Both the position numbers and the translations under genes were made by a program. Of a DNA stretch of 64,000 bases, positions 50,701-63,359 are shown in pieces. The first letter of the stretch is position 1; each line of letters starts with the position of its first letter. The notes under the pieces were generated by a model. It did no database searches and was not told the DNA's origin. It saw only the letters and a list, made by a program, of their open reading frames with translations. Source of the stretch: Nageia nagi (lineage: Eukaryota > Plantae > Pinophyta); assembly GCA_050084985.1 (NCBI GenBank), contig JBITNC010000001.1, positions 125,116,001 to 125,180,000 of the forward strand. Direction: 5' to 3'.

Positions 50701-53700
50701 ACTTGGAATTGCCTTTTTGACCCCAGCAATATAATCAAATTTTTTAATGCACTGCTCAATGCATGTACACAAAATGGAGCCCAAAGATTATGTATGCATG
50801 TTTTCTGAATTATCACTTATGCTGAATTTCACTCGTGGTCAGAATCTATCACCAACTAGACTGCATTGGAGGATCATATCCTTTTTATTATAAAACTAGA
50901 AGCTGCGTAATTGTGTTTTTCAGAATGTCAATTAGCTCTTAAGAAAATATGACCCCATTTGACCTTTAAAAGTCATATTCATGAATTCTAGATGTCTAAT
51001 ATCTTTCCTTCTGTCCATAAAGCACCCTATCTTACCCATCTTTCTCAACTGCATCAACAGATTGATTTTGGAATCATGAGTAAGCTGTAAAAAAACTAAA
51101 AATCAATATACAATAGGTCCATTATATGTTTGCAAATCAATACACCAGAAAATGTGAGCACTCAATCAAGACATGCCTTGTTAAATAGAATCAAATGTGT
51201 TCAAGACTTTGAGTCCCATCTACGCACTTTGAACCACATTCATAGAAGAATATTTAACTGGACTTTCCTATTCGGATGTTTACAGGACAAAAAGCCTTAT
51301 ATTGGTGGTGGAAGCTCTTGCTTGATTTCTTTTCAAAACTCACTTGTCACCTCTAAGCTGCCCAGAAATAAAAGACATAAATTTTAGTAATGTCCATTAG
51401 TGATTAAAATAGGTAAATGGAACTTAAGAAATAAAAACAAGTGGGTGAAAATCGCTTTTTAAGACAAAAAGGAGGCTTTGAACTACAAGACAATTAGAGA
51501 AACTTATTAAGCTAAAGCATGATATAAAATATGTTTTAAAAGCACGTGAAAATTATTAATATAAATAGTACAAATGTTGTAAGTTGGGTCTAAACAATAC
51601 TGGAATGGTGAGTAATTGAAGACTCACAGTCAACATTGATCTTTCCAAAGGAATCAATGTAAGACCTGATCATGGTAATGGAAGAGCGGCTAGGGTTGAG
51701 TAGACCTGGGTGGACTTGGGAGGATGTGTTAAGTCCCCAAAATTGCTTTTCCAATCTCCCAAGAATATTGGGAGAGCACAAAATTTCATTCCAACCTCAA
51801 GATTTAAAATAAATATGCAAACAAAGGGGTTAAATGACCGATTTCTTTAATCATACGGAATATGAAGACAAATATCAAAGCCAACAGTAAGGTTCCTTGA
51901 TGTTTCTGAATTCAGTCTGATAAAATGTGAACTATAGATTCTTTGATCTTACTCCAATCATAATGCGAGAGTGAAATATGTTTTCCATGTTTCACATGCA
52001 ACAAACAACAAACAAGTGAGAAGACGGAACAAATAAAAATATTCTCTTTTATTTTTTTCAAAAATTCTGCTAAAGGCAATTGGAAAGACTTTGCTGAGAT
52101 CCTGTGCTCAAGATGCAGTACAGTTTGAAGATGCCTCAACTTGATTAGTAACACCTAGAATAACAATACAAAACAACTAAGATTAAGGGACCTGATCCTT
52201 TAAGATGTAGATGTAAAAATATTGAAATCAAACTGTGCATGAATCAGGAACAGAAATTGAGAAAATTATTATACTTGAAGTTTTAGGTTTTTTAGTTGGT
52301 GGATGGTCTGCAAGCTATAGCTGTACTGCTCCAGTCAATGACAGATGCACCTAGGTGAAGGTGGATGTACGGGTACCTATGCATGCCTGTCATGTGTGTG
52401 CAAGCCTAAAACAAATAGAATCAACAGAGATGTTGACTGTAACATCATGTTACACCCAACTGAAATACATAAAGCTGAATATGAAATAACTTACCAGAGG
52501 AACTTATTGTGTGATACAAAATAAGTAAAAGCAGATAACATCAGATTTTGTCAGGATAAAAGAATATGACAAAGAATAAAAAGACAGGCAGAGAAGCGAT
52601 ACCGCCCGTTCTCTTTAATCCTTGGCTTCTCCCAAGCTAGGGAAGCGCCTCTAGGTGAGGCCAGACACATGCCTACGGTGCTGATTAGTCTCTGAATATC
52701 TTAGAACAGTATATGTATGAGCTCTGTTGAAAACCGAACTTCATTTCTTCGTGAGAAAAGAAGACATGAAACAACGGAATATCAAAAGCGTGGATTTCCA
52801 TACCCTAAATGCAATAACAAACAATACAGTAAATATTTTTCAAAGGAAAACTGATGCAAAAATGACTGCATTTCATGTAAACAGAGAGCAGAGAATTGTG
52901 AAATATGATGTCTGTCAAGGGCCTGCTACTGAAATGCAACTAAACTGATGCAGGATCATTTCTGCAAGGCCATGATTGTCAGCATGATCTAGGTAAGATG
53001 CTCCAAGACTGTTGGAAGAGGGAGACAAAATTCTTAGACTTGTCTTAGAGATCCCTAAGCAGAGAAACAACCATACTTGAAACTGACGGTACTATGAAAT
53101 ATCACATCAATGGCTGGATAATTCTCTACCTTGTTAGTGATCCGGATGATGGGTCTCATGCTGGATATAGACACTCAAAGAGCTGAAGATTGGCTAGATT
53201 TTTACCTCCAATAGGATGTAGCTTGCAAAACCAACAATGTTGCGCAGGCTCAAAGGATTAGGATATGGCATTGATTTGATTTCCCTTGCATGAGAGCAAA
53301 GCCAAATAGGGCTTAAACTATTAAGACAACCAAAACCTAATAGACTATTGTAGTATCGTGGATGCTAAGTCCAGTCAGAGAAGCTAGTGTAACATGCACA
53401 TACAAACAGCTAATACAAATCAATATGATAATGGAACAAAAGATGTGATGATAAACCAAGCTCTCTATGTGCAAGAAATTGAGATTTGATAGCAAGAGAT
53501 TGAATCCCCCGTGTATGCACTATCATGCCTCTTTTACCAAAAGCCAATTGTTACTTGATATTGAATTATCCTCTGGTTTTGATTTTGATTGTTTGTTTTG
53601 GGAACTTTTCCTCACTGTTTGCTTAGTTATCTTAGTTAAGTTGCAATTTGTTTATTGAAGTGGTTCAATTGTCTAGAAAAATCAAGAACCATGAGAAACT

Positions 53701-54002
53701 TAGGAAAATTGCAAACGTGGCCTCTTGTGGGTTTGGATATGCTTTACTAGTTCTAACAAACATGTTGCAATGAGTGGGATTTCATAGATGTGCTTTTGTT
53801 GCCATTTGATTGGGGATCAATGACTCAAATGGCAATTGGGGGAAACATGAGCAGTTGCATGGCCAAAATCTCATTCAAAAGTAGGGTCCCATGGGAAAGA
53901 AATGGGCCTTGGAAGATTGGTGGGCCCTGTGGATTGGGAATTTCTCCAATGTATAATTCTTTACTCTTTGTGCAGTACATGTGATTTTAGTCTTTGATTT
54001 GT

Positions 54003-55651
54003 TGTAACATCCCCTTTTGAAGAAAATTAAGGAAATTTGGGATCCTTGGTACCCTTTTTGTAAATATTTTGTTTTGCATTAGTAGTAACTTGGGATAGAA
54101 AAATAATGGTCCATTGGACCCACATTGTGAGCCCCAAGGTGGGATGTTTCAGCATAGGATGAGTTGTTTTATTGTTATTTTTGTACTCGGAGATCCTAAA
54201 AACGGAATGTGGGAATCTCAAGACTTTGGCATGGTTGGACACCTATGACCCCAATGTTGGACTTGGGGAGCATCATTGCACTAGTACACCTACGCCACAC
54301 TTGGGGAAGATTCTAGACCCCCATGTGGCCCATGATGACATCTGCTTGGCATGAGGAGCCTCTAGAAGGCTAACGATGGGCATGCATGACACCTAGGTGC
54401 ACATCTAACCCCACGTTGGGCATTTGAGGGCCTCAAGGAGGCTAATGTTGGGCATGCATGACATCCAGGTGCACATCTAATCCTACATTGGGCATTTGAG
54501 GGCCTCTAGGATGCTAACATTGGGGAATGTTATACAAGGCATTGGAGCATCATTGTGAGGATAAGCTAATTTTGATATTAAAACTATTTCTTCTCTTCGG
54601 AGTTTCTAAAGACTTGGTGGCATTAAGCACCCTTGGGTTGTGTAGTTTAGGGAGAGATTAGGATGCTTGGAACACCTTCTATTCTGTGGTTGAGGTGATT
54701 GCTCATGCTGTGAGGTTGCCCTTCCTTGAGGCGTCCATAGTGGTCAACATCTTTGAATCCATCTGGTGGCATTTCAGAATTGCACTTGTTCTCTTCATCG
54801 AGAGCCAACCTATGAGGAAGCCCATCAGTGTGGCATCCATAGATCTGGTAGAGTGTAGTTGTTTTGCAACATATCTTTTGTAGTGATCAGATTTGCATAA
54901 GTGTGTGACCTAGTTGGTTCCTTGGAGTCCAATGTTGAGCCATTTGGGCCTGGTATTGCTTTGTACTCATCATTTCTCCATTAATTGAGCATCACCACAC
55001 TTGATTTCCCATTATTGTCTCATTTTAATGTGAATTTGGTGTAATATTGCTTCCTTGAGTGTGATGTCATGTTTCTTGGTCCATTAATGATGAATTTTGC
55101 ATGATATCTTGATGCCCTTATGTGTCGTTGTGCTTATTGGAGTGTTTATTGGCTAAGGGAGAGAGACGTTGTGGATTTGGCATATTTTATTGCATGTTTG
55201 ATGCCCTAGATCAGTTCATAGCATAGTTGGAAAAATCGGATCAGAATCGGATAAAATCGCCTAAAATTGGAATCGGCCAAGCAAACAATCCAATTTTTTT
55301 CAAATAAGTGTTTATTCGAATTTTTCCAACTTCGATTTTATTGAAAAAAAAATCGCGATTTTTTGCGAAGAAATCGGTATTGAATCGATCCACAATTTTT
55401 TGCCGATTTTTTTCCCCTTTTTTTGCCAATTTTATCCGATTTTTTAAGATTTAGCTAAAATCAAAGAAATTCTTTCATTTTTTCTCATGTCGATTTTTTG
55501 CCAATTTTATCCGGTTTTTCAAAAAACCCGAATCCTGCAGCCAAACGATTCCGATTTTTCTATGGTTTGTAGAATCTATAAGGCCATAATTTGATATTTG
55601 TTGGTGAATATTTGGCTAAACCTTGCATTGGAGGATTTTTGGGATTTTACA
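54003..55651 (+). mobile_element. Solo LTR related to the 4078 / 22759 family, containing a MITE
   Basis: TGTAACATCCCC...TTTTACA termini and TSD tttgt/tttat. Shares gagccccaag(g)tggga and CCCACGTTGGGC subrepeats with 4078-5309. Confidence 0.75.
55222..55564. mobile_element. hAT-type MITE (343 bp)
   Basis: TIRs CATAG(TTGG)AAAAATCGGA / TCCGATTTTTCTATG and many subterminal AATCGG/CCGATT motifs. 8-bp TSD gttcatag/gtttgtag. Confidence 0.75.
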
Positions 55652-55872
55652 TTTATGCTTTTAAATTTGAAGTTTTTATAAATGGGTAAATATAGTTGTC
55701 TACAAGGTGTACAAAGCAACTACTTAGGGTTATTTTAACATCCAAGGCTAGTGAGATTGTTGAAGGTAAGAAATTGGTGCTTGTCTGCTAGCACTGCCTA
55801 ACCTTGGGATGAGAGGAGGAAGATGGCCCATGATGTTGTTATATGCCTTTTTTATATTTATGCCTTTTTGTA

Positions 55873-56803
55873 CATGATAAGACCCATGGGGTCCATTGGG
55901 AGCTCGACGTCCACCCTTAGGGGACGTTTGGGCACAAAATTAAGTAATTTAGGAATGTTTTACTACTTAGGGTTGATTTTGTAGTTAGAAGTGCTAATTT
56001 AGCTATTGCATTTGTACTTGGACATTAATTGTAATAACGCGTTGGGTATTAAAGTCAAACTATGAGCCCCAAAGTGGGAGGTCACTCTCCTTGGATAGAT
56101 AGTCATTTAATGTTATTTGATTTAATAATAATGGCCCAATGGCTTGTTTGTGCTCATCTCAAGGTGGAATCCTAGCACCAAGCTAAGGATGACTCCTTGT
56201 TGTAAATGCACCTCATTCCAAGACCCCACGCATTTATTCTTGTGGCGCTCCATTGGCATGGATTCCTAGGCAAGATCTAGGCCACCCAGTGAGACGTCTA
56301 GCTATTTAGGGGCTTGGTGCATCATTTGGAGGTAGCTTTTGATCATACTTGTTATTCTTCATTCGAGTGTGGCATGGAGTCATCTATTGGGCCTTTTGTG
56401 GACAAAAACCTGTAGGAGAAGGAGATAGTGGGACGAAAACCCCATTAGATCTAGTTAAGGATGGAAAACCTTGACCTTTGGTTACTTTAGTTCTTCAGTT
56501 GCTCACACCCAGATCCAAACGTTAGCCTTCCAGGAGCATATTTGTCATTGTTGAGTGCTAGATCTGCTCCATAGAGCCAGATGTCAAGCCTATCTGGCTT
56601 ATTGCATTGTATTAGCGCCATTTTGATGATATATTGAGGCATGGGCCCTTGGATCCCATATTTTGTGTCATAATTGATCATTCTTGTGTGATGTTGGCAT
56701 TTTTGAGCTTAATTTATGTAATTGGCATCATTTCTGGTCTTGGTGTGTAACATTGGGTTCCTGGAATAATAATTTGGCATAAGAATAAATTTGGCACATC
56801 ACA
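55873..56803 (+). mobile_element. LTR-like remnant
   Basis: Ends ACATCACA, contains gagccccaaagtgggag as in the other LTRs, and 56390-56445 resembles the reverse complement of 3950-4000. No clear TSD. Confidence 0.45.
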
Positions 56804-57667
56804 AATGTCAAAGGTTACAGGGTCTCTCTCATCTTGTAGAAGAGTGAATGGTCCTTGAGATTCTTAACAGTATTCCATGAGGGAAGACATGGCCTCTATG
56901 ATCGATCATTATCAGCCCAGGTATTAGTTGCATCAAAAGGACATTTGGGTCCCTCAACGCTTGAGAAAGGAGGTGATTAATCTAGTGGTGTTTGAGACCT
57001 CCCACAAGGTTTGTTGTTTGTGCATTGTTGCTTGTTGAAGGTACAAAGCCAGGCCCCTTTAGTCAAGGTTAGGGAAGAAAATAGAAAGTGACTCTCCTGA
57101 ATCTTTGGATAAGCTATAAGACCTTCCTTGAATCTCAGTCTTAGCAAAGATCTGTCATTTTCTTTTATTTTTAGGCTTTCAGCCATGGTCCTCCATCTTC
57201 AAGCTGGAGTCATGAGATCTGTTTATCGAGATATGAGCATTCACTTAGTCTCTTTCAGTGTATTTGATCTCAGGAGGTGCTAGATGCTTGCCTTCTCTTG
57301 AAAGCATGTCTCTAGAACATTCATTCGGAAGTTCTTTATGACTTATGAAGAGCCTCCCTGTTTGTTTTATGTCTTTTCATAGACCTAAAAGGTTTGTGGA
57401 GAGGAAATATATGAAAGTATCAGATACTTGTGTGTTTTTTATGCAGGAAAACACCCTTACAAGTCCAATGATAACTACTGATATGATTATTTAAATTTAC
57501 TGCAGCTGTTAACTCTCATTGGCACTTTTTGTATTTACGGAATTCGTAGCATGTCTGTATTATATTTTGAATAAAGAAGTTTTGATGATGACCTTACCAT
57601 TTCATGCATGAGGAAGTTGTGTCTTGGCGTTTTTCTCGACTAATGATCATTATTTTCTTTGTTTCAG

Positions 57668-58412
57668 ATGGAAATGTCGGAAATGCGATCAATACTCCGT
57701 GAAGCTACAAATAGAAGCCTTGTACTTGTTGATGAAATATGTAGAGGTACAGAAGTGCAGAAGGGAACATGCATTGCTGCAAGCATGATAGAAGAACTTG
57801 ATTCTATTGGTTGCTTGGGTGTTATTTCCACTCACTTGCATGGTCTCCTAGATATGCCACTCAGAGCAAAAAGTCTTGTGTATAAAGCAATGGGGTCTGA
57901 GGAAGTTAATGGGCAAATAAAACCAACATGGCAACTAATAGATGGTGTTTGTCGCGAAAGCCTTGCCTTTGAAACAGCTCGATTGGAAGGAATCCCAGAA
58001 ACTATTGTTAGGAGAGCAGGAGAATTATATGCATCTTTAAAGCAAGATAAAATTCATAACTTTGGAAATGGGAAAGAAAGCCCTAAAACAAAAACTGCTA
58101 TTTTGGAAGACATTAGGTATCTTGGAGATGATGATGAAAATGGATATAAATATACAACTGTAACAGAAAAAGTAAACTTTGCTAATAATTCTTTTACCGA
58201 GCTCTCTGAAATTGAACAGCCAATTGCATTAGTAGAAGATCATGATAGGAAATTACTAGGAGAATACAATAGGAAAGTTTCTGATCACAAAGTCAATGCC
58301 ATTTCAAACAGAGGTTGGAAACCAGAGGCTATCTCTGATCCACACTATGAGAGAACAGAGCCTACAGCAATAGAGAGCATGACTACCTCAGGCACTGATA
58401 TTGTGATTTCGG
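57668..58412 (+). CDS. MSH1: MSH1 exon, ATPase Walker B / helix-turn-helix plus long linker
   Basis: ttgtttcag acceptor. Encodes MEMSEMRSILREATNRSLVLVDEICRGTE...STHLHGL...GVCRESLAFETA. The best donor is G|GCAAGT at 58413 (GC-AG intron), which gives the phase 1 required by the next exon. Confidence 0.9.
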
Positions 58413-58551
58413 GCAAGTAGATCTTCTTTTGCCTATATTCTGATACTTGTTTTCAGCTGTATTCTATATGATATAGATGTTTTACTCGCTTATGATCAGA
58501 ATTTGAGAAGTTTATTTTGAGTATAATTGTTTGTTAAATTTCATTTGGCAG

Positions 58552-58769
58552 AACGCAACCTAAGATTGTTGAAAGATGCTGAGAAGGCTTTTATTAGCAC
58601 ATGTGAAGAGAAGCTGCAGGAACTTTATGGACTAAGACCCCTTCCACCAAAATCTTCGAAGTTATGCTGCTCTTTTATTGGAGCACATGAACGGCCACCT
58701 CCCACCTTGGTGAAGTGTTCATGTGTCTACATGTTACAGAGACCTGATGGAAGGTTTTATGTGGGCCAG
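58552..58769 (+). CDS. MSH1: MSH1 exon, start of GIY-YIG endonuclease domain
   Basis: tttggcag acceptor (phase 1) and CAG|gtatct donor. Encodes IGAHERPPPTLVKCSCVYMLQRPDGRFYVGQ, the CVY...YVG variant of GIY-YIG typical of MSH1. Confidence 0.93.
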
Positions 58770-59329
58770 GTATCTGACCTTCCTCGTTAGCTAACTAACA
58801 AAAAACTGATCTTTGCACATGTATATAGATTGAATATATTAGCTTACTATTAGGGCATTCATGAGTACCATTCCATGCCAGCCCAAATGGGGTAAACAAA
58901 GTTGTGGGTAGAGGGTAAATTTCCAAAGGTGCCTGTGTTCGAGGCACTCCAACTTTCCAGTGAACTTCAAAGGATTTGAATCTGTGACCTTGTATGTAGC
59001 AATCTACATGCAGGCAGGAGTTTTAAGTTTATCTAAATATCAAAGTGCTGTTCTGCTCAGGAACCCATGCACAAGCAATCATGCAATGTGATGCACCTCT
59101 TTCGTTTCAGATGATTTGATTTGGTTAATTTTTGACTGTGTCGCACCTCTTTCTTTATAAATGATTTGATTTGTTTAATTTCTGCCTGCAGATTTTCAGG
59201 TTACAGCTGTCATTCCTAAATTAATTCATTCTTACAGGATGGAGTTGAATGTTTCTCATATGGGATGAATGAAGTGTCATTAGTATGAATTGCTTGGACT
59301 TATTCTAATGCTTTACTTGTTTGTTGCAG

Positions 59330-59551
59330 ACAGATGACCTTGCAGGCCGAATTAGTACACATCGTTCTCTGGATGGATGGAAAAATGTGCCTTTCCTTTA
59401 TATAAAAGTGGCAGGAAAAAGTTTAGCACGGGAACTTGAAACACTTGTCATAAATAAGCTTCCTCTGCTAGGTATTGAGCTTGTAAACACAGCAGATAAG
59501 AACCATCGGAATTTTGGCGCAACTGTGACTTCCGATATTCTGCCATTTTAG
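59330..59551 (+). CDS. MSH1: MSH1 terminal coding exon (GIY-YIG C-half)
   Basis: ttgcag acceptor. Encodes TDDLAGRISTHR...GKSLARELETLVINKL...ADKNHRNFG, with TAG at 59549-59551. Confidence 0.95.
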   Translation, partial: TDDLAGRISTHRSLDGWKNVPFLYIKVAGKSLARELETLVINKLPLLGIELVNTADKNHRNFGATVTSDILPF

Positions 59552-59925
59552 GCTATTAATGCTTGATAACTAGCCTTCTCCCAAGTGCAGTTTTTTTGAA
59601 GCACCGTGGAGAAGTGGTGTCATCAATGAAAATATATTTCAATGTAAAGAGAGAAACCTCAATGCCTGCAACATTATTTTTTGTTTTCGTTTTTTTTTCA
59701 TGTAGATCAAGAGGTTGCAAAGTGGAGCCATATGTATTGGGTCTCAATTTTGAAGTATGAAATTAGTAAGATTAACGAATGAGCCAAATTGAATGTTATG
59801 TTTTTAAATTTCTGAAGGTCCAACAAATTAAAAGCATTTGGTACCCCTCTTTATGCAAAACAAATGTAAAGGTTTTTGAAATACAACTTTTGATGAAATT
59901 CTAACTGCATTAAATTAGAGAGAAC

Positions 59926-59926
<1 letters not shown>

Positions 59927-59957
<31 letters not shown>

Positions 59958-60029
59958 GTATGTATATATAATATATATATATATGTATATGTATGTATAT
60001 ATATACATATGTATGTATGTATATATATG

Positions 60030-60111
<82 letters not shown>

Positions 60112-60161
60112 TATATGTATATATATACATACATAGATATATAGATATATGTATATATGTA

Positions 60162-60200
<39 letters not shown>
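59927..60200. repeat. Compound (TA)n/(TATG)n microsatellite
   Basis: Directly visible. It explains the spurious YIYI ORFs at 59851-60341. Confidence 0.98.
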
Positions 60201-60202
<2 letters not shown>

Positions 60203-61359
60203 TTTGAATTGACAAAAAATGCAGAGATATTTTCGAGATGTAACCATTAAGGAGATACCACACATAACAAGATGTAAATTGCAGATGAAGACATGCATTC
60301 ATCTTTAAGATTACAAAATATGCACATGCAATAAATAACATAAAATACTAAATGTGACACTCTAGTTAACCTTCCACATGTGTCTGTTGGGCTATGTCTA
60401 TGACTACTGACCTAGTGCATTCCTACACCATAGGATTACATGTAAAATTTGAAAATTCATCTACTACTATTACATAAAGAACTTCAATATACTCATACCC
60501 GGCGGAGAGAATGCATCACACAAAGTATGTGGCATGGTACTCAATTAACTATTAGTGAATATACTATTCTAAAAATATATATTTCATGAACATAATAGGA
60601 GCAGATATCATATTAGGTCTGCTACAAAGATTGAAAAATATATTAAAATAAAAAAGGAGGTAAGGAAATCTTGATAAAGTATGACAAGTCCATTCCCATA
60701 AGTAGTGAGCTTACACCAAATACAAAAGCTTATCAAGAAAGGACAAAGGGGTGGTAGCAGATTTTTTTGTAATGGGGTTATCACAAGAACAAGAACTACC
60801 ATATGACCTGTGAAAATAATCCTCCAGCATAACAAGATCTTTTAATGATAACAAAATTTACCCTTTCAGACCATAAACCTAGAACTAGGAAGTAAAATTC
60901 CTAATATCTAGCAATATAGCCAATCATTTAGCCAAAAGTGAAGTTTTTAGTTGGTACAAGAATTGTTGGAGAAAGGTCGCATTTAACAGTCCTTGTTTCT
61001 CTTCGATAATGATGGTAAAAAATAGAATGTTTCATTGTAACGAGCACTATAGCCAGTATTCTGCTTAGAAAGTACAGATCATATTATATAGAGTAGAAAG
61101 TAGAGATTATATATATATATATAGGAACAACCTTGTTAATATTATTTATTTTGCATCCCCTTGTTCATATTGAGATTCTTCATTATTTCTATTGGCTGTG
61201 TTTGCTACAAGTGGTATTCTTAGGAAACTTTTAACAAATTTTCAGTGCAAAGAGATGCTATTGAAGTTGAAGGTTTCAAGGAGCAACTAGTCTTAAGAGA
61301 GTCCTAAACTTTCAAAACTTTTCATAGCTCGCTTTAAAAGGCACAAGGTGGTGTATTGG

Positions 61360-61720
61360 GATACAAGTCAAGTACAGAAGACCCTCTTATCTCCAGATAA
61401 TCAACAGCCAATACATAATCCTTCGTGATGCTATCACGGACTTGTTATCCCACTCCAACTCATCAGCTGTAAGCCTGATGTTGAAATCCTCCTTTTTGGC
61501 TTCTGCATGTTATCTGTAGTATTCTAAGATCTTGGCCAGAACTAAACTCATTACATTAACTAAGGTTATGTGTGGTATGGGAGGTGTTGTTTTAATCCGA
61601 TGTGTACGCATGTAAAATGGATATCCTTGATAATAGACGATGATAGACTGAATAATCTCTTTGCATTCAGAACCCATTACATTGTCCAAGGTTGTGCTGT
61701 TTTTTTTAGCAGGAGTTATA
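61360..61720 (-). pseudogene. Decayed SKP1/ASK-like pseudogene
   Basis: Manual minus-strand translation gives ITLVNVMSLVLAKILEYYR*HAEAKK...DELEWDNKSV, a frameshift, DYVLAVDYLEIRG, a frameshift, then LLYLTC. This parallels SKP1 [21 protein letters not shown]...WDAEF...LILAANYLNIKSLLDLTC. Confidence 0.65.
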
Positions 61721-62129
61721 GCTATCTGATTTGAAATCGAAAGCTACGCCTACGAAGCTCACGAAACTCCAAGTTTTGAAGTATACTTGATGTCGTCTGC
61801 CAGCCACATAAGCTTGATACTGTTATCCAACTTGGATTTGATACTCTTATCCAAGTCTCAATCAAATTGTATAAACATAAACTAGGAATTGCACTGGCGT
61901 GCAATGAGGACGTCGAAGGTACATCAGGCTATTTTGGTTACAAAGTGATGTACGCAATGTGATAAGAATTAGTCATGACTATTTGATCTGAAAATGGATT
62001 GATAAAGAATTAATATCTTGCATAACCCTTAACTAATATTTGACAAAAGCTTTTGTTGCAGTTAGAAAAATGATTGTCATGGTTAGATAACCTTTTCTAC
62101 GGTAAGAAGAAAAAACAATTGTCGGGGTT

Positions 62130-63350
62130 TGAGAAAACACTTGTTGGTTTCTATATGGATAATGTAGTCATCATATCTTTTGACATCATCTTCTTCATGG
62201 TGCAACGTTAATAGAAGATTTGTTGATGTCATTGTTTTTGTGGCGAGACGTTAATAGAAGACGACTTGCCATGACACGACATGGGTAACGTTGATCTCAT
62301 CGTTTTCAGTGTGTAGCATGGATAATGCTAACATCGTCGTCTTTGCAGTGTGGCATTAGTAGAAGAAAACTTGTCAGAGTACGACATGGACAATGCTGAC
62401 ATCACATCTTTCATGGTGCAGTGTTAGTATAAGACTTGTTGAAATGCAACATGGATAATGTTGATGTCTCATTTTTCGCAGTGTGACATTAGTAAAAAGA
62501 AGACTTATTGGGGTGTGGCATACTAGGGTGTTGACATCATCAATTCACGACATGACCTGTCATTGATAATGTTGCCTTCATGACTTTATGTTAGTAGAAG
62601 AAGACTTATTGGAGCATGACATGGGTAATGTTGATGTCATTGTCTTAGCGAGGCAACGTTGGTAAAAGAAGACTTGTTGGAATGTGACATGGATATTGCT
62701 AATGACATCCTCTTTGCAACATAACGTTAGTAGAAGACTTGCTAGAGCACATAATGGGTAATGTTGATGTCATCATCTTCGCAATACGACAGTAGTAGAA
62801 GAAGACTTGTCGAAGGGCACCATGGATAATGTTAACGTCACATATTTCATAATATGACATTAATAGAAGAAGACTTGCTAGAGCACGACACGGATAATGT
62901 TGATGTCATCATCTTTGTGATGCGACATTAGTAGAAGAAGACTTGTTGGAGTGCAATATGAATAATGTTGATGTCATGTCTTTCGCGGTGCAACATTTGT
63001 AGAAGAAGACTTGTTGGGGTGCAACATGGATAATGTTGACATTATTATCTTTCGTGGCATGGTGTTAGTAAAAGATGACTTGTTGGAGTGTAATATGGAT
63101 AATGTTGACATCACATTTTTACGATACGATGTTAGTAAAAGACTTATCAGAGCACGACATGGATAATGTTGATGTCATCGTCTTCATGGTGCGATGTTAG
63201 TAGAAGACTTGCCAGAGTACGACATAGATAATGCTGACATCATTATCTTCCATGACATGGTGTAAGTAGGAGAAGAGTTGTCAAGATGCAACATGGAGAC
63301 ATTGATATCATGTCTTTCTGGTGCAGTGCTAGTAGAAGAAGACTTGTTGG
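62130..63350. repeat. Tandem repeat array, ~65-68-bp unit, ~18 copies
   Basis: Unit approximately GACATGGATAATGTTGATGTCATCATCTTTGCGGTGCGACATTAGTAGAAGAAGACTTGTTGGAGTGC. Confidence 0.9.
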
Positions 63351-63359
63351 GTTGCAAAA

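Noticed and set aside
56810-57400. LINE reverse-transcriptase 3' remnant on the minus strand
   Set aside because: Only vague similarity, with no diagnostic motif recoverable by eye.
57659-58420. Stand-alone 253-aa MutS protein ending at TAG 58420
   Set aside because: It has a splice acceptor at 57667 and a phase-compatible GC donor, so it is an MSH1 exon.
59851-60341. YIYI-rich ORFs on both strands
   Set aside because: They are translations of the TA/TATG microsatellite.
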